NCBI GenBank assembly: GCA_044892525.1
Contig: CM097885.1
Span: 39,000,001-39,064,000, forward strand
Length of the DNA: 64,000 nucleotides
Source of the DNA: Schmidtea polychroa
Lineage: Eukaryota
Direction: 5' to 3'
Part shown: positions 14,649 to 28,524 of the stretch, one piece after another
Layout: the number at the start of each line of letters is the position of its first letter
Numbering within the stretch: position 1 is the stretch's first letter
Translations under genes and position numbers: made by a program
The notes under the pieces: model-generated
Database searches by the model: none
The model's input: the letters and a program-made list of their open reading frames with translations, nothing else
What the model was told of the DNA's origin: nothing

Positions 14649-17600
14649 ATGAAAAGATATTTTACAAGAACCACTTCTTCCTCAATCCAACTTTCCTACA
14701 GATCCACGACTCTACATTAATACAAGCATAAGCTCGAAACTGATACAAAAATTGTTTGAAATCGGACCATGTCAACCTGGACTCAATGAACCATTTCAAT
14801 TTCCGACAGATGAATTGGTGCGCAAGTTTCAAATTTCTTGGTACACAAAAGTTTTTGGAAAAGGTAGTATAAAGAAGAAAAGAAATTGGCTTGTCTATTC
14901 ACCAACAAATCAAAAAATGCATTGCCAAGCTTGCTGGTTGTAATGTACAGTCATTTTTGTTAATATTTTAGTATTCACAATTAGGAATTGTGTATACTAA
15001 AATATAAAATATTACCATCTGGGAAATCCAGATTTTTAAAAATAAACTATATAGCGATAATTTACTATAGTAAATTATCGCTATAGTAAATTAAAAAAAC
15101 AAATCAAAAACTAAAAAAAATCGATAAAAATTTATCTAAGGAAGAAATTAACTAGAAAACCAAAATTAAAACTATAGCTGATCAAAAGGAAAACGTAGAA
15201 GAGAATCCAAACAATATTAATAAAGAATTATATTTTGAACATAAATTACTATCATATTTTGAATTCTTGTATCGCCACGATTCCGCGCGGATCCTTTATA
15301 CTCATTCAACAGAAATTGGTACTGGACTTTTCACTAATCCGTTCATTCATAGAAGAACAATTACTATCTATTTATAATCTACATCTTTACAAGTTCAAAG
15401 AATATATGAATATCATTTAACCAAAGTTGATTTTGGTCTATCCACTAAACCGTTCATTTATAGGAGGACAATTATTAACGGTAATTTAGACAATTGATAA
15501 GTAAAGTATATATTGTTTTTGTTGATAAAAATATAAATATTGTTAAAGTAGTCGCAAATTTTATATTTTGAACATAACACGCACCCCGATTGTCCCGCTA
15601 CAAGTTTTAACGGTGACTCTTTCGGGCTCTTCAAATTCTCATCCAAAAATAACATAATTAACAATAATAACAACAATAACCTCCATAACACTGGTTATTC
15701 GCTGATTGTAAAACTGAAAATTATAGCAAGGAATGGTTCGACCCAAATTTTGGAGTTTATAACTGGAAAAAAGGCATGGAAAAAATCGTTAAACATGAAA
15801 CTTCCAATCAACATCAAAGTGCAATATGTCAATATTTGCTGGCTAAATATCGCATTTCAAATGATAAAACTGTGATATCTGGTTTGATCAGTCAAGAGCG
15901 TTATCAAATGGAAAAAATAGAGAAGTTTTGAAACGAATGGTAGATGCAACGTTGTTTTTAGCAAAACAAGGTTTGTCATTTAGAGGACACAGAGAACATT
16001 CTGGCTCTGACAGGTGTAGTAATACTGGAAATTTTCGTGAATTGCTATTTTTATTGGCTAAATATGATTTCACTTTGGACAATTATCTAAAGTTCGAAAA
16101 GAAAAATGAACTTTATTTATGTCATGATGTACAAAATGACCTAATTCAATCACTTGCCTCAGAATTATCCGCAAATATTGATAATGAAGTTGGGTCTGCA
16201 CAATTCTTTTCTCTAATTGTTGATTCAACAATTGATATATCCAGAGTTGATCAGATGTCAGTTTCTTTAAGATTAGTGTAAAATCAGGACAAGTTGTTGA
16301 ACGATTTATAGGCTTCTACACGTTGAAAGCAGTAATGCTGCAGCATTTTCTGATATATTATTAACGGAGTTACAAAAGCGAAACATTGACATTACACTTT
16401 GTAGAGGAGAGGCATATGATGGTGCCTCTGTGATGTCTGGGATTAAAAATGGTCTTCAAACTAAGATAAAGACACTTTCATCAAATGCCATCTTTGTTTA
16501 CTGTTGTTCTCATGCATTGAATTTGGTGACTATTGAAGCAATGTCTCTTAACAGTGATGTTCATTTGTTTTTTGGTACAACAGAAAAGTTGTATACTTTC
16601 CTTACATCAAGTCTACCACGACTACATATTCTCGAAGAACATCAGAAGTCTCAATATTAATCGACAGTACATACTCTAAAACGACTTTCTGATACAAGAT
16701 GGGCAAGCCGAAAGCATGCAGTTGATGCAGTTGTTGTATCATTCTCCGCTATTATATCTACTCTAGAAGATATAAATTTTGGGGAATCAAAAGAACACAA
16801 AGGAAGTGTCAGAGCAGAAGCTATGGGACTATCTATTTTGATAACAAAATATTCTTTTGTTTTTCTGATGCTATTTCTACAAAAGCTGTTAGATAATATC
16901 TTTGTGTTATCAAACTATTTGCAACGAAAGGACATTGATATTGTGTTTGCAAAACAATTGATTTATGTTGCCAGAAATAAGTTTGCTGATATGAGAAGTG
17001 ATAAAGCTTTTGAAAATCTAAATGTTGTTGTAAAATCTTTTATTATCAAAAATTGTTCCTTACTAGATGTTGAAACAGAATTTAAAGAAAAGCGAGTTGC
17101 AAAAAGGAAACGCATGGCAGGTGAACTTAACAGAGATGAAAGGGTTGATGATCCAAATACACGCTTCAAATGTGAAACGTATTTCACTGTCTTGGATACA
17201 CTTGTAACACAACTAGATGAACGTTTTAATGATTTTCATAACACTGTTGTTTTATTCTCCTGTCTTGATCCATCACAAATATCAGAAGAAAATAAAGAAT
17301 CTTTTCAAAATTTATGCGACATTTACAAAAATGATATTAATATTGAAGAAGCAATCCTAGAATATGATACTTTCAAATACATGTATGCATCAATACGCCC
17401 ATTACTATCTTGTGAACTACAACTTAAAGAGGTGCTGCCTTTCTTGGTTGAAAAACAGATGGCACCGGGACTACCCAATTTGGCAATTCTCTATAAAATA
17501 TACTTGACTCTTCCTGTTACATCTGCTACTGCTGAAAGAAGTTTCAGTAGACTGAAAATAATCAAAAATTATTTGCGATCAACAATGACAAACGAACGTC

Positions 17601-17713
17601 TGTCTGCATTAGCATTAATTTCAATAGAACGCGAACTGGCTGAGAACATTGACTTTGAATCAACTATAAATCGTTTTGCTTCAATGAAATTACGCAGGAA
17701 GCAATTTAAATAA
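14649..17713 (+). pseudogene. hAT transposase, broken by frameshifts, stops and a solo LTR
   Basis: TTF-type Zn finger RNWLVYS..CQACWLF; LAKQGLSFRGH..GNF; FFSLIVDSTIDIS; TRWASR; C-terminal dimerisation motif LPVTSATAERSFSRLKIIKNYLRSTM. Start approximate. Confidence 0.92.
14939..15690. mobile_element. Solo LTR (752 bp) inserted in the hAT transposase
   Basis: TGTAA...TAACA ends; 5-bp TSD CTGGT at 14934-14938 and 15691-15695. Removing it restores CQACW-LFADC. Confidence 0.9.
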
Positions 17714-19559
17714 TAAAAAAACTTGTATGTTTGTTACATCAATAAATTTACTAGAATAAATTTACTGAATATAATGCTTTTTAATAATATTAGTATTCAC
17801 TCAATACTCGCGAAAATAAGTAGTACCATCTTCATAATTTGTGGAGCCCCCTGAGAATTTTCCTCGCCCCCCCCCCACACGCACCAAAATCTAAATCCGC
17901 CACTGATTATAAGTAAACGAAATAACTGAAGGCTGAGAGAACCGCGAAGCAACGACGGAAGAGATAAAAATGATGATGGGTAAGAAAAAGAATAGGGATC
18001 GTGTGAAGAATAAAGCAGAGATAAAAGAGGAAGTGTAAAGAGAAATAGTAGGGAGAAAAGTATATATACGAAAATCAAAGTCTATTTTTATGTAGAATTT
18101 GATAAATAAGTAGCAAACAAAAATTAAATTAAAGGAATATGTAGAAATTGATGTATAAGTATATTGATAATTGAATTTTAATATGTCTTGAACTATTATA
18201 GGACGTCTATAGGTTGATGGAAATGTTATAGGCTATAACCTGAAAAAGTCATATGTCTAACAGAATTACGGGATTTGGGCTAGTGATTTGTTGACATAAT
18301 TGAAAAAAAAATATTTATGATTATACATCAAATAATACAATGTAAAGCACACAACACATTGTGAATAACTAAAACACGTATAATAAAAATGACAAATGCA
18401 AGAAGTTACAATTACTAACAAAATTAAGGGGAAACAACGCATTCGAAAAATCTACCTACTAAAAATTAAAAATAATAAATAAAATAAATAATTATAAATA
18501 AGTTAAGAATGATTATTGGTAGTATTTACATACGAAGAACCATAATCAAATGAATTAAAAATGTTAATGCGTGTATATTCATACGAAAGACCTGTGACAA
18601 AAAGTGCAAAATTTAAGAAAAAAAATAAGGACAATTTATTAAGAAATAATTATAAAAAAAATTACTTTCAAAATCGATAAAGAAAAAACGAAATTAAATA
18701 AAAAGAAAATAATAAAATAATTCGATTATTTAAAAATAATCAATTGAATACAAAAATTCATGAAAATTTAATCTGGCAGCACTCGTGTATGTGCGTACAA
18801 CCAATCAAAATTATCCATTCTTACCTTACAAGATTGCCCGAAAATACGTAGGTGGACTACACAAATCAATAGAAGAACCGAATGAAAATTCATTTTATAA
18901 ACTTGTTAAACAACTTTTTGTTAAAACTGTTTTAAAATTTATTCTCAGTTTTTCGGCAATTTATGAATTTTATCTTATACTCAGCACAAAATTCTTTTAT
19001 TGATCGGTTTGGTGACCACCCAGATCAAAAATGAAATCAAAAGCAGAGCTACTTTGGACTGCGTAAGTTGCTCTAACAGGTCAAACAATAGTTCTAGGAA
19101 GAACATGCCGAGCGGTATCTAAGGAGTGATATTAGAGCTCAACTAGCAAGTGGAGCAAGTAAGAACGAGCTTGCTCACATGCGGTCTGAACAATAAACCA
19201 AGGCGGCCCGTTGGGCAGAAAACTGGAATGGTCCTGAACACCTAGCGAAATCCTGTTCGAAAATGACCGTGTAATGAGTGTTAAAGGCTTTTTGACGTAG
19301 TTTTGGAAAAACCAAAACTCAATGTGCATATAACGATACTACATAAGACAATGACTGTGCCCTGGAGTTAGCATCTAGATCCCGCATAGGTAAAAATGAG
19401 AAATAGGAGCAGGTCCCTGCTCAAATTCTTTGAAGATAACAATTCACAATGACGTAAAATCAGAAAAGAATAAAACGAAGATGTAAGCAATTAACGAGAT
19501 AAAGGAAAATGAAGAAAAGAAGTAAGTTAATAAGTTAAAAAGTAAGGAGAAAAGTTAAT

Positions 19560-20130
19560 CAATGCATAGAGATTTGTATATTATAAGAAAGACACGTATA
19601 TATGCAATATAATTTTAATTTAAATATTAGTAAAGAAAAGGTCAATAATATTGTGAAAAACTGCGTTGAATGCCAGAAACGTAAGATATCGGCGAGAAAA
19701 CCAAGATGTTTTAAATACAAAGTTTTTAAGACAAACAATATATTTTGGCAATTCAGCAAGAATATTTCGCTGAAAGTAGTGATACATCAAGATGAAAAGA
19801 CTATTGCTAAAGTCTTAAGAGAAAATTAGATACTGAAATGTAGAGTTTCTAAGACAATTCGTTCGGATCAAGGCAATATATTTGAAATTCAGTTATTGTT
19901 GGAATTATTGGATAAAATAATATATTCAAGCCCGTATCATCATAGCACAAATGAATTAGTAGATAGACAATTTAGATAAAATGGTCTTTACGTTAATAGA
20001 AAAACGATATAATGATAAGATTGGTAAGAAATATAACTAGATGTTGAATTCATGTTAAATACCTTAATACAGCAGACAACAGGATTTTCATTTTCAGAAA
20101 TATTATTTGGCCGTATGATATGCCGACAAC
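19560..20130 (+). pseudogene. Heavily decayed retrotransposon integrase
   Basis: Fragments in several frames: H..IVKNCVECQKRK, TIRSDQG, SPYHHSTN, QQTTGFS. Confidence 0.7.
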
Positions 20131-23100
20131 AGATTGAGACGGAAAACTCGGATTTAGAAAGCATCAATATGGATAAAAAATATAATTTCTTTTCGTATTT
20201 CCTCTAAATAAACAAAAGAAGAGATCAAATAAAATATTAACAACTTCTAAAAATCTCAATATTGGAGATTTTGTATTTGCAAAGCGAGAAAATATAAGAA
20301 AGCTGGATGAACATTATCAAGGACTGTATGCAGAGCTGGATCTACTATTAGGCCAATTAAAGCCATCGCCTCAGAGCCCCAAGCAAATAAGAAAAAGACA
20401 CTGGTTATCTGTATACGAATAATTTTAAAAAATCTCATTTGAAACTCTGTACAATTTTTTTAGAAAAATTAAAGTTATTTCCTATTCCAAATGTCCAAAA
20501 AAAATTAATAATATTTTTGGCTTCAGAGCGCCAGTGAGCCAAATCCGCAGTGATTGTATGAAATAATAGAACAGATTCGCGAAAGAAGTTATAAACTGAA
20601 AAATATCAACAGAAATGAAATTATACGAAACATTGAATGGTTTAAGTTTTTATAAAAAGGAAAAAACAATAACCAGAAATAGGAGAAGGTCGATCTTTTC
20701 AATATAATGCAGAGAAGATTGATCTTCCCAATAATGCACGAAATACGAAACAAAAATACGCACGTTTTGAAATAAAGAAAAAGAAGAATATAAGAAAAGA
20801 TGAAGCTCACCAATAAAATTTGCAGTAACAGTTCAGAAGAAATTTTTCATCTAGCCCGGATATCGCAGCCAAATCATTATCACCTTCCGATGGGATTCAA
20901 ATATCAATATCGCAATTTATAATTAATAAATTTTCGTTGTTATTTATTGTTTTTTCATAGTTACTACATTCAATTTCTAAGACAAGTCTAAAGTACTTTT
21001 GTATATGTAACAGGATTTCAATTTTGTAAAATTAAGAACAATGGACAACCGTGAATATAAAGGAAATATTAAAGTGAAAATACATAAAAAATCTTAAATA
21101 AAAATGTAAAATTTTAATTTCCAAAATTCCTTAAAATAGCCAATTACGTTTTTTTATTTATTTGAGTTGGTGGAAACAGTGCACATTGTTAGCTGGGAAT
21201 TGTGAATTTAAAAATATTCATGTGATCTGATTGGACACATGTCGTCTTAATAATATAAATTATTTTCTTGCACGCCTTAGTAATTTACCTGTTCAATGTT
21301 CAAAATCGGGATTTTGATCTGATTGGAAAACAACTGAAAGATATTTTCATAATAATATAAATTATTGTTGCACCACCCTATTGTATTGCAAAATGTTCAA
21401 TATCTGGATTGTGTTGGGCTAGAACTCATTTCTAGACCCAAACTATAATTTATGACTGGAATGGAAAGAATACACCAATTAAACAATATTAATTAAAGGA
21501 GAAAACAACAAAAATATAAACCTGGAAATTAAATAAAATTATACAAACGCAAGAAGTTATGCAAAATCGAACTCAAAAATAACCAAATAAACATAGAGTT
21601 ACAAAAAACAGACTCGAATAACTTAAAAGACGGTAAAAACAGTAAAAGATTCCAGAAAAAACCCAGAACATTCCGTAAAAATGGCGATGACCATCACAAA
21701 AGCCATCTAGAACAATAAAAGTTAGAAAAATAAATAAATTAGTAATAAAAATAAAAAATCTTAAAACGAAATCCAGAAAACATCAGTTAAAATAAAAATT
21801 AAATTAAAATTAACATGGAATGTTCTGGAACCGTTCCAAATCCATCATGGACGTAAAAATAACAAGAAATAATTAAAAAATAAAAATTTAAAAATAAAAA
21901 CAAAAATTATGGCACAAAAATTGCCATTAAAAATATCAAAATCGCAAAATAGAAAATTCTGGAATAAAAAGAATTCGAGTTTGTTTTAATGCATCAACAC
22001 ATACACGTGTACTTGCACACACAAAAATAGTTATATATACCGACACGTTTCAGTCACAAATTAATCACTTTTATGCCAAATTTTTGCGAAGCAGTTCCAG
22101 AAATCGATAGTGAGTATTGATTTTTTTTATGTATTATGATTGATTAATTATATGGATGATGTTTAGAACTATTTTAATTTTTTTTAAACTTCATGCGATG
22201 TACGAATGATCAGCGGCGTACTGGAGCACCTGCGCCTCTGGTCAGTCCTGCATCCAATTAATTAAAACTTCTATAGGATGGCATGCAGACACGCATTATC
22301 GATATTATATGCTTCTTTTTGTTTGGGTCCTTCGGAGGTCGAACCACTTCATGGTCCTGCCATGGAGTTAAGTCGAGGAAACCTTCCGTTTATTAGAGGT
22401 CAGCCGTAAATGGTTGACTTACTACACAACATTAAGGTTTGTCCTAGTGGTATCAGTGGGGCTGCGAAAGCAAAAACTCTTCCCGACTTTATACGCAATA
22501 CACAGTTAAAATCAACATTAAAACTCCACACTAAGGTCATAATTTGAGTAGAACTCAGACCCAAACTTAGACAATTCTACAATTCATCAATGTAGCCGGT
22601 TGAATAGTAATAAAAAGTTTTCAGTTATGCTTATACATATGTCGAATTAGATTTTTATTGTAATCAAAGTAATTGAAATAATGAAGATATTCGACATACG
22701 TATGGGTAGAACTTAATCTGGGTAGGTCTTTGAATTAATGAGTCCAACTTAAATATAGATATTATAAATTTACCGTTCCCGAACTGAATTACAAATAAAT
22801 CAAAGTTTCCACTCTAAAATATTTGCGTAAATGATAAATGTGAATTAACTCAGCTTAAGAAACATCACCTATATAGATTAGTGTATATAGATTAGAAAAT
22901 ATAGATCTAGTTATGTATAAATTGCATATGTGTGTTGACGTTAAAAAGGGAACCTAATAATAATAGTAAATAAATTTTAATCACCAAGATATAACTTCTA
23001 AAAATTTCGGTATGAATTTTAGGTTTTGAAATCTAAATCATAATTAGTTATGTAAATTTCTTTTTATAAAAATATAAATTATAAATAATTATAAAATATT

Positions 23101-23605
23101 ATATATATGAATCATAGCGATCTTAAAAATATAAATTATCAACAATTATGGTCAAATTTTTAGAAGTAGTAGGATATAAATTTGGATTGTAAGAATAACT
23201 TATAACTAGTTCTATATAAACCATACATGTCTATTAAGTATGAAAATATAGCTTACAAATAATTTCGGATAAATTCTTACCTTCATAGATAATTAAGAAA
23301 CAAAATTGGAGTATAAAAATGTAATGTACATAAAGTCGACTATAAAATTATAAACTATAAAATCTGAAATTATAAATTATAATTAATTATATATAAAATG
23401 GTTATGAATATAAACTATTAATACTTATATAATTAGAAGTAAATTGGTATTATAAAAATAATTTACAAACAGGTATAAATATAAATTATAAAAATTTATA
23501 ATTAATAGTTAACTATAAATATACAAAATATAAATAGCTATAATAGCTTGCCTTTAGGCTTAAAAATTTTTTGATTATAAATCATAAATAGAGAATAATT
23601 ATATT

Positions 23606-23639
23606 GTTATTATAATCATTATCATTATTATTATTATTA

Positions 23640-23708
<69 letters not shown>

Positions 23709-23810
23709 CATTATTATTATTATTATTACTATTATTATTATTATTATTACTGTTGTTATTATTATTCTTACTATTATTATCGTTATCACTATTATTAATA
23801 CTATTATTGA
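23606..23810. repeat. (ATT)n microsatellite and degenerate flank. Other (AAT)n/(ATT)n tracts at ~1445-1523, 7942-8043, 34445-34570, 54627-54706, 59647-59710 and 63290-63520; (TA)n at ~31003-31086.
   Basis: Read directly. Confidence 0.97.
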
Positions 23811-23859
23811 TATGGACCTAACTATGAGTACTATCCTTATCCTGGTTACTATTTGTTTA

Positions 23860-24506
23860 CGATCAAAATAACTCATTAGAATTTTATTCAACAATGTCAT
23901 CTCCACCCCACCGTCTGCACTGCTGCCATCAATCCAAGGAAGAGCTTCGATAAATATTTCCTCATTGCAAATTGTGCTTTCATTTATTGCTTTCGAAGCT
24001 TTCATTGTTTCTGGTATCCAAGAAATAAACGTCAAAGTACCCAGATAGTCATATAATTCGGACAACTGAGAAAATCGGTTGGATAATTCTTCAATTGAAT
24101 AATTCCTGATTTCCGTGTTGTCAACAATTCGATTTGAAGATGCTGATAAATTAAATTGAGCTTGAGAAACTGTATTTGCGCATTTGTTGATTTCATCTGG
24201 AGAAAATAAGCGGATAAATTGTTTGTACTCATCACTTTGGTAATCACCACTACAATTCACGTTGAAATATATCTTTAATTGTTTCATGAATCCATCATTT
24301 GGACATATAAATGACTTTTCCTTAATTGTCTCAATCGCATCGTTTGGACCAACTTTAAAATGTTTCATTAAAGAAGCCGTCAAAATAATTCCACTTCTTG
24401 ATATTCCAGCAAGACAGTGAACCAATACTCCACCAAATTCAAAATTTATTCCAATAAACGAAACCATTTTTACAAAGGAACTTAAATCCAACTTAAAACG
24501 ATTCAA
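23860..24506 (-). pseudogene. Dual-specificity phosphatase fragment, DUSP12/YVH1-like
   Basis: Catalytic loop VLVHCLAGISRS, then PNDGFMKQL and C..IFIEALPWI (resembles the DUSP12 C-terminal FIEP..W segment). N-terminus and most Zn ligands are missing; the ORF runs into (ATT)n. Confidence 0.75.
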
Positions 24507-25819
24507 TTTTTAAAAAGCCACCAAATTTTATTGAAACAAACGAAACCCAACTTCTCGAATTTCCCTTTTTTAAAACAAAAACCAATTCTCGAATTTCTAC
24601 CAACAATACATAAAAATTCAAATCAATAAAAATTACAACCTCATTAAAATCATACCCATTGCTCGCGTCTGTGTGCGCACACCAACAATATTCGGTCTAA
24701 CCAGACCGCGCACACAGACGCGATAGAAAACTATGCCGAATCGGCAGAAACACTATTATTAGTATTATTAATATTATTATTAGTTATATATATTATGGTT
24801 ATATCTATTGGTTAATTATATATAAATTCTATATTAATTATATATTATTATTACTATCGGTGATTATTACTTACCAAAATCAATATTCCAATCAAATATC
24901 GATTTAGGAATTTCCCCAGAGTTAAATTTGGAATTAACCATTTTGATCCAATAGGAGTGATCAAAATTCTTGAAAGTTATTTTTAGCAGCACCCCCCCCG
25001 GGAAAATGTTACCATTATTCAAGTCACCTAGGAATATGGGTGAGGGTGTATGATCAACTATACAATCTAACCCTTGAATCCCGAATGAACAATCAAACGT
25101 ACAACTTTATTTATTAGTAAATTAAATTAACATAGACAAAAGACGAAAGATCTATTATTATTTTTTTTTGAGCAACAAATTACCATACACAAACATTGCG
25201 AACCCAAAATCATGATTCTTGACTAAGAATTGCTGGACGAGCTCCAGAAGTTGAACCTCGACATCTCCAGCTAGAAAGAATGGTCGTCAATTGTCTCTAA
25301 ATCAAAATTACACGATTAATAGATAAATTACCGAATTCCTAAAAGATGGTTATACCACTTATAACGAGTACAACCAGGGGAAGAGGAAGTGAGCAAGAAA
25401 CTGAGCTCGTCACTAGTACCCATCGCCTGATGTACCCGCATTTAGTGGAAATTATTCCAATTTTTCAAAAATATCTAAAACAATTCAATATATAAATTTT
25501 AAATTACCAACTAGTGGTAAACAAATTATAAAGATTAAAATAGCAGTTTAAAACAAAAACGACCTTTAGAGAATTATCGGTCAGGGTATAGAATTTCTAG
25601 CATTAATACTTAACATTGATAAAATTTTTCTTTAATTTAATTAATTAGAAGGGTACACCAATAAATTTAATCGAAAATTTTAAGTTATACTTATTTGCAT
25701 TAATTATAGTGAATTTGATTGCCATTTGTTTTAAGTATGAAAATTTTGTATATTTTATCGTAGCTTCAATTGATAAGTCACACTGGTTGTACTCGGGTCT
25801 TGATCTTTACATTGCAGGC

Positions 25820-26188
25820 ATGTCCCAATCAGATGATTTTAGCGAAGGAGAAGCCGATCGGCAAATGATCACCCGGCTCCGTACTCGGTACATTTGGTAC
25901 CGCATCCACGATTGGAATCGTGGATTGGATCTTGATAATTTCGGCCCGGTTATCCGAAGTGGCCCGGAACCTGATGCCCCGGCGTGGGTAAAAACGGAGC
26001 CGGAGAACAATCTACTACAGGAGGCCCGCGATCAAGCGGTCAGTGACGTAGAAGCCACTCAGGTTCGGCTCAGGAAGATCGAATTGCAAATCAGGGCCAA
26101 ACGAGAGGGAGTGCCCCTGGAAGAGCTCGAAGAAGCCGAGGAACCCCACGAAAGAGAGGGAGGCCCCGCGAGTGCCAAATGTGATTAA
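25820..26188 (+). CDS. Hypothetical protein (MSQSDDFSEGEADRQ...), acidic/coiled-coil
   Basis: Open frame in a locally GC-richer island; no family recognised. Confidence 0.45.
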   Translation: MSQSDDFSEGEADRQMITRLRTRYIWYRIHDWNRGLDLDNFGPVIRSGPEPDAPAWVKTEPENNLLQEARDQAVSDVEATQVRLRKIELQIRAKREGVPLEELEEAEEPHEREGGPASAKCD

Positions 26189-26448
26189 TGGCCGACATAC
26201 ACAGCCGTACGACAATCTACCTAACTTAATCAACTTTCTTTTCTTATTTGTGTAGTAATTTAAACGATTGAAATCGCCTGGTGTTTATTATTAAATAAAG
26301 AATTTTTTTTTCTTAATCAGGTCGTAGGTTTATTGATTACCATAATGTCCTAGTGACAAAGAATTATTGTTAATTAATAATATTATCACTTGTTTGTTCT
26401 AACTCTTTTTGGTATAAATGAAATTAATAAAACCCTTTATGTTTTTAG

Positions 26449-26923
26449 TGTACAAATTAATGGAAAACCTGCGTAAAGATCGGGGGCAGGCCCAAAAACA
26501 AGCAGACGAACTCCGAGTCCGGGTTGATAGACTCAAAGGGAAATGCCGGGAGTTCGAGGGGACCTGGTTTAGTCCCGCGGACATGAAAAGAAAACGGCCC
26601 AGATCCTCCAGCTGCAGACACAAGCCTCACAAGATCAGATGAAGATCCGCGCACTGAAATTACAGGTGCGCGTGCTCGAAACCGAGCGCAATGAACAACT
26701 CGTACATGAAGCCATGGCAAGACAAATCCGGCCGCTGACCGTCGAACTGGCAGCGATATACCCTCCAGCCGCTGAAAGTAGACCCAAGCGAAAGCGGCTA
26801 GGACGGAACATTAGAGAAAAGTTAAAGAAGGCCAGGTTGGCCGAATATGAACGGCAGGTAAATTCGTCAACATTGCAAGCGTCTACGACGGGACGAACCA
26901 GTTCTGCCAACAAGCCAAATTGA
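26449..26923 (+). pseudogene. Hypothetical coiled-coil protein exon with one frameshift and an NLS-like RPKRKR
   Basis: Follows a TTTTTAG acceptor-like site; ORFs 26418-26642 and 26639-26923 can be joined by one frameshift near 26585-26595. Confidence 0.4.
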
Positions 26924-28524
26924 ACTTTTGCGAATATTGTTTTTGTATATTTTGGTATTAAAATAGTATACGATAGATTTTGTTGTATGATTGCCTGGGG
27001 AGTGAAAGTTTGTGCATAAGGGTTTGGGAGAACAATTTCGGTAAGGGACCTGAGGAAATCGGACACAAACCTTCTAACGGTAGTCCGTGAACCCATAGAG
27101 TACTCGACAATTACAGTGCCTTGATGCGCTCACTTTTTGCGAGTACACAACCCCTTGGTACAGTACCAACGTTGATTACTCAACGGGTACCAAGCGGAAA
27201 ACAATGTTGTATTCTGGGTTACGCCGGTAACAGCACAAAATCGTAATTAATCAACCACCAGTAACCCACCAATTGTCTTAATGAAAACTGTTAAATATTT
27301 GTGGAAAATTCTAACAAAAAAGCAGATTAATCAATTAACGATGGAAATCGGGAATATAAATATCTTTGAAGAATATCAGTCTGATCAGTGCCATATATTC
27401 GTTATCAATGACAGATTAAATCAATAGATTGGAAATTTTTTCAGAAATTCGGTCTTTGAGTGCTGAAAACATAAAATGGTTAATTATTGAAACAAGTAAT
27501 TAAAATTAATTTTAAGTTCAACTGAAAAAGTGACTAAATTGAAAGTTGAAAATGATTAAAAAGTGGTGAATCTTCTGTTGAGAAGTTGCCTTATATACTA
27601 TTTTATCAACTGATTCAACCAATTAGAATTGATCATAGGTATTTTTTTGATTATTTTATTATCTTAATTTTTGTTTCAAATTCCAATCAATTTGATTGTC
27701 TGTCTTTTATTTCTTATTTTAATTTTTCTCTTTTTCTTATTTTTCTGACAGCTTGAATGATTACCTTTTCATATCACTCTTACCTCTTGGATAAGATAAT
27801 TTGTGTTTGATAATTTGTGTTTCTTTACGGTGATTTCTTTTGTGTTTTTGTACGTTGAAATGTCCTACGCGTGTAACTACTTGGGCTATTCTTTTATTAT
27901 TTTTGCTTTACTTAATATTTAATCTTTTTTATCTAATTTTGTTTAACTTCGTGTAATTATTTATTTTAAGTGACTTTATGCTTTTTATATGTCGTTTAGC
28001 TTTGTCTGAACGGAACATTCATTATTCAATATTGATTACTTTATTTACATAATTATTTTACACTTATTTTTATTTTTTAAGAGCCTATCACTCTGGGTCT
28101 TAACCCAACAAATAGATTCATTCCCTTAGAGCACAGCACAAAAGTATTATCAAGTTTTTAAAATTTACAAAACAAACAATTAAAATGTGCAGAAAAATTC
28201 TAAGACTTTTGATTTAAAACTTTTGACCTTGGTGAGCTTCAATCCTCGTAAAACCTTGTAAGGTATGGGCCAACATGTTCTCCATTGAAGTGCCAATTTT
28301 TTAAATCGAGTTTGAACAAGAATATTTTTTAGCCTTTGAAAGCTTTGACTCATCATAGTTTAGCCTTTGAAGGTGTAAGTAGCATCATAATATAGAACAC
28401 ACACGATCTTATTTAAACACTAAAGATTGTAACCATAAAAAGTTTGGAAAAATCGTTTAAAAAATGAATAATGGATGATGGATCCCGTAATTAATTAGTT
28501 CAGTAATTTAAACCCATGCTATTT

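Larger units (their letters stand above)
14118..17905 (+). mobile_element. hAT DNA transposon (Tip100/ZMYM1-like) with both ends intact
   Basis: 15-bp TIRs CAGTAGCGGATTTAG / CTAAATCCGCCACTG; 8-bp TSD ATTATAAG at 14110-14117 and 17906-17913. Confidence 0.95.

Noticed and set aside
26635..27096. Minus-strand 153-aa ORF and other antisense ORFs over gag, pol and polB
   Set aside because: Shadow frames of the plus-strand coding sequence
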